Of a DNA stretch of 64,000 bases, positions 56,890-64,000 are shown piece after piece (positions within the stretch are counted from its first letter, which is position 1; each line of letters opens with the position of its first letter). The stretch is from IMG/VR virus record IMGVR_UViG_3300042922_000850, positions 64,001 through 128,000 of that record; one strand, written 5' to 3'. The notes under the pieces are model-generated. The model was given only the letters and a program-made list of their open reading frames with translations. It was not told where the DNA came from and did not search any database. The DNA is from a virus. Made by a program: the position numbers and the translations under genes.

Positions 56890-57546
56890 ATGTTTGATTT
56901 AGATTTTGTCAACAAAAGTTTGGGTTTATGCGACGAACCATACATGTCAAACGAAGATTTTCACAATCGGACAGAAGAAATACTAGGTTCGCTATTCTTA
57001 AGATCAAATTGCGTTACAAAAAAGGATTACCGAAAACATTGTGATTACATTTTCAAATCATATGAGATTAACTTTAAAGCTGTGGGTGGGCCGCCAGATA
57101 TTGAAGATATTATTCTTAATATTGAAACTGACAATTGGGAAAAAATGTTGGAACTTGGTAAATTAGATTTATGTTACGGACAAGGGAAACAGGGGTATTT
57201 AAAATTTATCAGCTATCAGGATTTTGAAAAAGACTTTATGGCGGAACAAGCAATTGAGAAATTGGCCGAAATGTGGTATACCGATTATCATTTTGAGGAT
57301 TCTGACGATATGTTCGAATATGTTATGAAAATCTTGAATGAGCACAATTTAGCATACACTTATCCAGAATCTAAATTGATTGAGTATCGCAAGGGTAAAA
57401 GAGAGATTGTTTGCTTCAACGACTGTCAGAATTTATTACTCCCGGAATGGCAGCTCCATATGATTATTTCGCGAGGTGGCAGCCATGAATATACAGCGGA
57501 TGAAATCAAAGCCCTGTTGAGTGTATCTATTATATCAAAAGATTAA
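56890..57546 (+). CDS. acidic paralog 3
   Basis: NDCQNLLLPEW. Confidence 0.7.
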   Translation: MFDLDFVNKSLGLCDEPYMSNEDFHNRTEEILGSLFLRSNCVTKKDYRKHCDYIFKSYEINFKAVGGPPDIEDIILNIETDNWEKMLELGKLDLCYGQGKQGYLKFISYQDFEKDFMAEQAIEKLAEMWYTDYHFEDSDDMFEYVMKILNEHNLAYTYPESKLIEYRKGKREIVCFNDCQNLLLPEWQLHMIISRGGSHEYTADEIKALLSVSIISKD

Positions 57547-57558
57547 GGAGGGAATTGT

Positions 57559-58209
57559 TTGAGCAATGAGATTTCTGTAAAAAACGATTATTCCGAGCAA
57601 TTTGAAAACTTAATGAGTAAGATAGTCTCCTCTTTTGTGGACAAAGAGGAGACTCGTTATAAAGCCCAAGAAAAAATAATCACGGATGCTTATATGGAGG
57701 TCTTAAATTATGGAGGAGATAGTGCGCCCGACTTTTCAGAAATTGTCTTGAATATAGAAGAGCGGAATTCCGATATATTGGCAGAACTAGCTGCTATGGA
57801 TATGGAATGCGGAATGATGTGTCCGGAGCACTCTCATCAAGAACTGACATCATATTTTATGGGGCCGGCAGAAGACGAAGAAGATAATTTGTACTCAGCA
57901 TATTTAAGTGCATGGTATGAAGAATACTCGGCAGAATTTCGTTATGAGCTACCATATTTTATAAGCACAGTTTTGGAAGAATTGGGCTTTTGTTATTTGA
58001 TTAGTGACGAGGCTGATGGGCCTAAAGATTATCAATATGGCTTATCGAATAACTTTGCCATTTATGTTAATGATGCACAAAATTTATTACTACAAGATTG
58101 GCATCTTAAAATACTTGCTGGAGACCGATTAGGTAACTACAGTTATACACAGCAAGATATAGAAAATTTGCTTAACATCAGATTTGATTCAAAACCAGAA
58201 AGGGGGTAA
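57559..58209 (+). CDS. acidic paralog 4
   Basis: NDAQNLLLQDW. Confidence 0.7.
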   Translation: MSNEISVKNDYSEQFENLMSKIVSSFVDKEETRYKAQEKIITDAYMEVLNYGGDSAPDFSEIVLNIEERNSDILAELAAMDMECGMMCPEHSHQELTSYFMGPAEDEEDNLYSAYLSAWYEEYSAEFRYELPYFISTVLEELGFCYLISDEADGPKDYQYGLSNNFAIYVNDAQNLLLQDWHLKILAGDRLGNYSYTQQDIENLLNIRFDSKPERG

Positions 58210-58214
58210 ATAAT

Positions 58215-58844
58215 TTGTATGCTGTTGAAGAATCTAAAGAAACGCAACTATGCAGTTTCTACGAGGGGCGATTAGATGAATTGCTCGATGACATGTTTCT
58301 CGGGGAAAGCTGGATCGAGACACCTGAAGATTGGGAGCGCAAGGAAGAGAAGTTGATGGAAATCTATCAGGAGGTATGGACCAATGAGCTTGTTACAAAA
58401 ACAGCCGTGCCGGAATTATCAGATATTTTAGATGCTGTTTACGATCACAATATGGAAATACAATCAGAAATTGTGGCTCTCGATCTTGAATACGGCCAAT
58501 ATGGTGAACGGTCATTTTATGTAGAAGACTTTTACGACGATAAAGAAGATGCCCAAGAAGCTGTAGAAGAGGCTTGGGAAAACGACCTCAATATAGAGAC
58601 TAATTATATGTACAACACAGATAGTTTGGTATTAAAAATATTGCATAAATTAAAATGCTCTTTCTTGGCAAACGAACAGACATTGCACGAATTCTTTTGT
58701 GAAGACTGGCCAGAGGGGTGTGATGCAGTAGTTGGTGATTGCCAGAATTTATTGCTTCCAGAATGGCATTTAGCGTCAATGCAAGAATATGAACACTCTG
58801 TGACAGACGAAGAAAGAATATTGGTACAATTGGTATCGAGGTGA
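58215..58844 (+). CDS. acidic paralog 5
   Basis: GDCQNLLLPEW. Confidence 0.7.
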   Translation: MYAVEESKETQLCSFYEGRLDELLDDMFLGESWIETPEDWERKEEKLMEIYQEVWTNELVTKTAVPELSDILDAVYDHNMEIQSEIVALDLEYGQYGERSFYVEDFYDDKEDAQEAVEEAWENDLNIETNYMYNTDSLVLKILHKLKCSFLANEQTLHEFFCEDWPEGCDAVVGDCQNLLLPEWHLASMQEYEHSVTDEERILVQLVSR

Positions 58845-58848
58845 CGAC

Positions 58849-59214
58849 ATGAGTTATTTTTTAATACCGGACTACGGGACTCTTAATATAGGCTGTCCGT
58901 CAGGAGAAGATATATTAATCTATATGTACCGGGCTTACATGGATTGTTGCAAGCCGCATAAGGTATTTGGTTATCTCTCCGATACAGCGCCAAGTTTATT
59001 TGAGTTTTATGATAGTCTGACAGACCAAGTGCACTCATCAGATCGCAGAACATTTTTATTCCGAGGGATTGCATTAAACCGGGGAGAGCTAAGCGATCCA
59101 TATTTTGTGGAGATGCTTTTAAAAGACTTCCTGTTTCAATATACGAGAGATGATGGGATTGAGGGATGCGATTGCCAAAATATAATACTACAGGAGATGG
59201 TTGAAGATGAGTAG
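58849..59214 (+). CDS. acidic paralog 6
   Basis: CDCQNIILQEM. Confidence 0.7.
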   Translation: MSYFLIPDYGTLNIGCPSGEDILIYMYRAYMDCCKPHKVFGYLSDTAPSLFEFYDSLTDQVHSSDRRTFLFRGIALNRGELSDPYFVEMLLKDFLFQYTRDDGIEGCDCQNIILQEMVEDE

Positions 59215-59518
59215 AGAAAGCAAGATAATCGAGGAGAAGATACTCTCAGAATACTTCAAGATTATAAGTGAAGGATTTGTTCCTCAAACAAAAGCTTTAA
59301 GAGAAAAGGTAAAGTACCGTATGGATGTAGAATGTTTTGATCTTATATACGGTCAAACATTTGAAGACGAGATAACGGAAAACGCAATACACGATGTTCT
59401 GTCGCTTTATAAGCATGTGCATTATCATGACGGAAAGCGGTTTTTCGAATGTCAAAACCCATTATTTTTCGAGTGGTTTTCTTATCAGAAAATTCTACTG
59501 CTAACACAAAATCCTTAA
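59207..59518 (+). CDS. paralog 7
   Basis: FDLIYGQ; FECQNPLFFEW. Confidence 0.7.
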   Translation: MSRESKIIEEKILSEYFKIISEGFVPQTKALREKVKYRMDVECFDLIYGQTFEDEITENAIHDVLSLYKHVHYHDGKRFFECQNPLFFEWFSYQKILLLTQNP

Positions 59519-59545
59519 TTATAAATGAGAGAGGATATATAGACT

Positions 59546-60286
59546 ATGATTAATACAAAATATCAAGCAGTAGAATGTTTTACGTTTTTGCAAAAGATTT
59601 GCTCCAGAAATGGATGTGAGGAATGTGAGGAGAAGTCATGCGGAGTTTTGTTTGTCGGCCAACACGCTTACTCTGCTACTGCCAATATTGTTGGGAGAAT
59701 AGGTGTTAATGATAATCTTCCGATGGACAATCCAATTTTCTGGAGCTACGGCAGGGAGGGAGAAATTAATCGCCCAAGCCAAGATAAGTTTCTACTAAAC
59801 ACGAAGGGATACATTAAAAATAATCCATCCATGGGAGCATTTTTAAGCAGCGGTTTTATAGATCGCTTTGATCATTACTTGAACAAAGCTCCTGCGAATG
59901 ATTTCCGTATTCGCAGGAAAGATCTATTGGATCACTTAGACAGTCAAGGCTTAAGTTCGGCAAAACAAAACAAAATGAAAATACAAATTGGCTCAGCATT
60001 AACGGACGTGACATTTAATGCTGAGCCAATTAAATGGACAAAGGCAATGGATAGTCCATTTTCATTTGAGTTGCCTCGCTTTGTATACCCTGGTACATAT
60101 CAAAAAAGCAATATCGATAAAAACGTGGTCTGTTCTATCAATTTGCTATCTTTCTATGAAATTATTGCAAATGGGTTTACAGAGTATGAAATTATCCGTA
60201 TTAAATACGACAACGCTGGCCCTGTTGTTATCGAGGGAAAAGCAAGAAATAAAAGTGAGGTTTTCTTTGCTGTATCTCAAATATGA
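59546..60286 (+). CDS. second putative diverged sliding-clamp-like protein
   Basis: FRIRRKDLLDHL; SINLLSFYEII...IRIKYDNAGPVVI...FFAV. Confidence 0.35.
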   Translation: MINTKYQAVECFTFLQKICSRNGCEECEEKSCGVLFVGQHAYSATANIVGRIGVNDNLPMDNPIFWSYGREGEINRPSQDKFLLNTKGYIKNNPSMGAFLSSGFIDRFDHYLNKAPANDFRIRRKDLLDHLDSQGLSSAKQNKMKIQIGSALTDVTFNAEPIKWTKAMDSPFSFELPRFVYPGTYQKSNIDKNVVCSINLLSFYEIIANGFTEYEIIRIKYDNAGPVVIEGKARNKSEVFFAVSQI

Positions 60287-60303
60287 TAACATAAAATTCT
60301 ATC

Positions 60304-60411
60304 GTATAAGTAACAAAACAGGGAGAGTATAGGATAAAGTGGGCTAAAAAATAAAGTCACTTCCTATATTTTTACTCTTTAAAAGTGCCATAACAAAGTG
60401 GTATAATAAAA
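60304..60411 (+). promoter_or_regulatory. tandem class I (60304) and class II (GTGGTATAATAAAA, 60398) motifs
   Basis: Upstream of the primase gene. Confidence 0.55.
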
Positions 60412-60441
60412 ATTACTGAAAGAATAGGGGGCCAAGGTCGC

Positions 60442-63400
60442 ATGAACAAAAAGGAATGGTATGAGCAAACAATAGAATTCATCACAAACGATCTTGAGGA
60501 TTTTTACCAGCATTTTTATAAAAATGATGAGAAAGGTTTTAAACTCGTTTCTATTGGGAGCGGTTACAGACTAAACCCATGTCCGGTATGTGGGCACAAC
60601 GATTGCGCAACTGTAGGAGAAGCCGTGAATTGTTTTTCTTGCCATTGGTCTGGTACCCATATTAGTGCATGGTACGAGTATGCTACAGGAGTGTTGGGTA
60701 TTCCGCTAAGGGATGCTATTGCGAAACTAGACATATTTACAGGTCTTAGATTTCCAAACTCAGCCGGTAGCAATATTGAGGACTATGCGCAGGAAATAGC
60801 TAGACAGAACATCTTAAGAGTTGCTGAAAAACACTATCATGAACAGCTGATAAAATGTACTCAAACATTTAATGTGGGAACCCGGTGGGTAACCCCGTTA
60901 GATTATCTCCTGAAAATAAGACAGAGAAAAATGACAACTATTGAAGATATGAAAATAGGCTTCATATCGAATTATTTTGATCTGCATAAACTACTTATTT
61001 CTATGGGGTATACCAAACAACAAATCAAAGATGCAAAAGCATGGGCTCCAGAAGGATTATTTATCTATTACTACAAAGATCCTCTTACAAAAGATATCAC
61101 GAGGATTAATACGAAAAACCCATTTCAAGCCAAGATACAGAAAAAAGATGATAGTGGCAGCACCATCGAGGGCGATGTTATTCAAGGATACTCAGTTGGT
61201 GATAAAGTGCCAATGTTTACCCCGCGGTTTTCTTTTAAGAAACCTTTTGTGGCGGTCGAAGGGGAAAATGACCTCGGTGCAATTTACGAAAACGGAGCTA
61301 CTAATTCAAGTTGTATCGGTGGTAACCTTTCCGATGAACAATTTGAAGCTGCCTTCGAAAATGCTGAAAATATCATATATGTAATGTTCGACAATGATGA
61401 AAAGGGCAATGAATATGTTGATAGGATGAACAGGCTTCTTCCTGATAAAGATATAAGAAAGATTGAATATCCCTTGAATTTCAATGACCCAGATGATTAT
61501 TACCGAAGCCCCGAGGCTAAGCATATAGACATCTTGATAAAGGACGCGAAGAGACTTGAAACGGAAGGATATAAAATATCTCATATTGGCAATGCATGGA
61601 CAATTGCGAACCGCCACAGAAAAGTTGAATTTATTATCGATATGCACAGTTCCGACAAAGGTCAAATGGTCGGAACTGTGAATCTCTTTAGCGATGGAAT
61701 ATTAATTGATAGGGAAGTCGATAAGGACTTAACTAAATGCAAAGCTAATAAGAAGCCATTCAATTTTTATCTACATGATAAGATTAATGAGCACTTTAAT
61801 TCCGGATTAGGTGAAAAATCTGCTGATGAGCTAGCGGACATTTATTGGTGTTCTGCAAAGAAACAGGAAATTGTAAGGCGATTAGCTAAAATCTTATTTG
61901 ATTCAAATAATGATGATAAGATTGTTAATATGCTGAAGATAAAACTAAAGACTTCGGACGGAAGAGAGGATGTCATTGACGCTATTTTAAAAGAAGCTAA
62001 TGATGTTCAGAATAAGCTTGTCGGGGCGTACGTCGGAAGCAATATTCCAAAAATCAAAGTATCACAATATTTTAATATTGGTAATAACGACGGTTATTTT
62101 TATTTCATGAACTACAAGCAAGATGGTGATTCTCTAAGAAGATTGCCTTTCTTATTGAGAAATGATAAAACTTTAATCCGTCTAGATTTACTAAAAAGAA
62201 AGGATCCACAATGTCTGCTTCTTGTGGATAATAAATATGAGCTGCCAGTTGAAATTAATGAAGCTATTATGGATTCCGATGAGTGCTCCCTTACTCAGGC
62301 AAATGTATATAAGTACATAGACGGGCAAATACCATTAGAGGAGCTAGACCCCAAGAATTTAGCAGATGTTTTAACTGAGTATTTTGAGAAGTTTTATTAC
62401 TCCACGGATAGCTCGGTATATAAAATACTATCTTTGTACACCATTCTTACTTACTACTATGAATTATTTGATAGTATCCCTTATCTTTATATTAATGGTC
62501 AGAAGGGATCAGGAAAGTCTGTAATCGGTTCTGGACTTCACCTGTTCTGCTTTAATGCAAAGATGGCAACGGATATTTCAGATGCATCATTATTTCGTAT
62601 GACTAGTTTAGAGGGCGGTACTTTAATTCTTGATGAAATGGAGCAATTAACTTCAAGAAAGAAGGGTTCAGAAAGCACTATGGGTATTGTTTTAAAAGGT
62701 GGGTATAAACGGGCAAGTAATGTTTATCGCGCGGATGTGGAGACCACCTTAAAGACAAATCGATATGATAGCTACGGTCCTAAAGTAATCATCAATATCT
62801 TCGGACTTGATGATGTTATTAAAGATAGGTGTATTCAAATCAATACATTCAGGTACAAATTAACCAGAGAAACAAAGAGAGAAGACCCGAAAAGTTATTT
62901 AAATAGGCTGGGGGGTATCCGTGATTTAACCAGTAAGTTATGCTTATCTGCTTTGGAACATTTTCAGGAGGTAAACAAAATTAAACAAAGTTGCTTCTTT
63001 GAAACCAACAATGACAAGGCTAGACTGTCCGAGATTCTAACCCCAATTCTCGTTATGGCAAAGTTTGTAGATGCCAAAGAGCGCAAAGCTATGACTGAGA
63101 AAGATCTTTCATTAACTAATGGAGACTGTATTGGGTCTTATGAAAAAGCGGTTCAAGATTTCTACATAAATGTCATAAAGGGTGACAAGGAGGACACTGA
63201 CCGCAATACGCCAGAGGGTATTATTACAGCGTGTATTCCTCAAATTGCAAAAGAACTTTATGGAATTATCCCAGATCCAGAGAAAGTCTATACCATTCCA
63301 ACCTCTCATAAATACACAGAACCAATTAAATACAGTGTAGAAGAGGGGTGGTTTGATGTTAACGTAATTCATTTAAAGTGTTTTGTGGAAGAGCATCAGC

Positions 63401-63654
63401 CAGGAGAAACCGCTCATACCAAAATTGTAGTGAGATGGTTAAAGACGTGTTTTGATATTCCTTACAAGGATATTAAGAGATCTATTGCAAATATTGAAAA
63501 CGAAGACTTGATCAGAGAATTCAAGGGGAATGCAAAGCCAAAGATAAACACGTACCGATTTTATTTCAGAGACTTTATCGATTCTATAGGCGAACAATTT
63601 TTAGATAAAACACCTAGATCAAAAGCACCTGAAAAGAAAGTTACATTATTCTAA
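60442..63654 (+). CDS. DNA primase (zinc finger plus TOPRIM) fused to a P-loop ATPase/helicase-like domain
   Basis: CPVC..CFSC; VEGEND, FDNDEKG, DPDD; GQKGSGKS, LILDEME. Confidence 0.85.
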   Translation: MNKKEWYEQTIEFITNDLEDFYQHFYKNDEKGFKLVSIGSGYRLNPCPVCGHNDCATVGEAVNCFSCHWSGTHISAWYEYATGVLGIPLRDAIAKLDIFTGLRFPNSAGSNIEDYAQEIARQNILRVAEKHYHEQLIKCTQTFNVGTRWVTPLDYLLKIRQRKMTTIEDMKIGFISNYFDLHKLLISMGYTKQQIKDAKAWAPEGLFIYYYKDPLTKDITRINTKNPFQAKIQKKDDSGSTIEGDVIQGYSVGDKVPMFTPRFSFKKPFVAVEGENDLGAIYENGATNSSCIGGNLSDEQFEAAFENAENIIYVMFDNDEKGNEYVDRMNRLLPDKDIRKIEYPLNFNDPDDYYRSPEAKHIDILIKDAKRLETEGYKISHIGNAWTIANRHRKVEFIIDMHSSDKGQMVGTVNLFSDGILIDREVDKDLTKCKANKKPFNFYLHDKINEHFNSGLGEKSADELADIYWCSAKKQEIVRRLAKILFDSNNDDKIVNMLKIKLKTSDGREDVIDAILKEANDVQNKLVGAYVGSNIPKIKVSQYFNIGNNDGYFYFMNYKQDGDSLRRLPFLLRNDKTLIRLDLLKRKDPQCLLLVDNKYELPVEINEAIMDSDECSLTQANVYKYIDGQIPLEELDPKNLADVLTEYFEKFYYSTDSSVYKILSLYTILTYYYELFDSIPYLYINGQKGSGKSVIGSGLHLFCFNAKMATDISDASLFRMTSLEGGTLILDEMEQLTSRKKGSESTMGIVLKGGYKRASNVYRADVETTLKTNRYDSYGPKVIINIFGLDDVIKDRCIQINTFRYKLTRETKREDPKSYLNRLGGIRDLTSKLCLSALEHFQEVNKIKQSCFFETNNDKARLSEILTPILVMAKFVDAKERKAMTEKDLSLTNGDCIGSYEKAVQDFYINVIKGDKEDTDRNTPEGIITACIPQIAKELYGIIPDPEKVYTIPTSHKYTEPIKYSVEEGWFDVNVIHLKCFVEEHQPGETAHTKIVVRWLKTCFDIPYKDIKRSIANIENEDLIREFKGNAKPKINTYRFYFRDFIDSIGEQFLDKTPRSKAPEKKVTLF

Positions 63655-63657
63655 TTG

Positions 63658-63690
63658 TTAGCCGGATTTATTTGTCCGGCTAATTTTTAT
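63658..63690 (+). terminator. intrinsic terminator
   Basis: TTAGCCGGA/TCCGGCTAA followed by a T tract. Confidence 0.7.
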
Positions 63691-63710
63691 TTAAATCTAA
63701 GGAGGAAGAT

Positions 63711-63950
63711 ATGATGAATAGTAAGTTTCCAGATGAATACCGAAGAGATTTATTCGGGAAGTTCTCTATTTTCACTAATGAGGACGGGGAGCTTGAAATT
63801 GCAGACAATGAAAAGGAAATTGTGATGCAAAATAGAGAGACCGGCGTTTATCACAAAGTAAATTTAGAGATGTTTGTCGGATTAATTAAAAAGGTGTTTC
63901 CTTCAAAAGAGGAACAAAAGGAATTATTAATATCAATGTTTAGAGATTAA
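63711..63950 (+). CDS. hypothetical protein
   Basis: AAGGAGG RBS. Confidence 0.65.
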   Translation: MMNSKFPDEYRRDLFGKFSIFTNEDGELEIADNEKEIVMQNRETGVYHKVNLEMFVGLIKKVFPSKEEQKELLISMFRD

Positions 63951-64000
63951 AAAATAAAGGGTACGAGGAATGTGGCGCGATATTAGCATTTAAACTAATA

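Overview
64 kb segment of an AT-rich, probably large (jumbo-type) bacteriophage of a spore-forming Firmicute. Host clues are AGGAGG RBSs, a Spo0A effector domain and DUF5688/DUF5662-type genes; no capsid, terminase or tail genes were recognised. Layout: (i) 1-15.1 kb, + strand accessory operons (thyX, CYTH, SLOG, LexA-like, exported transglutaminase-like); (ii) 15.1-20.5 kb, minus-strand block including a 1169-aa protein punctuated by K-x-A motifs; (iii) 20.5-21.1 kb, non-coding iteron/AT-rich region (origin or terminus candidate); (iv) 21.1-34.6 kb, array of about 27 short cassettes, each with a GTATAAG-N3-(T/G)AAAA promoter-like motif, usually an RBS and one small purine-rich gene, and a hairpin; it also carries a tRNA-like RNA with an abnormal anticodon loop and two counter-oriented genes sharing an MDK..YE..IYKEA leader; (v) 34.7-64 kb, replication/repair module with SbcD, YhaM, Spo0A-C, DUF932, a split SbcC interrupted by DnaE, two sliding-clamp-like genes bracketing seven acidic paralogs that share a DCQN-L/I-L-L motif, and a primase-ATPase fusion. 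All functional calls come from motif recognition by eye; no searches were run. Several start codons were moved from the ORF track to fit RBS positions.
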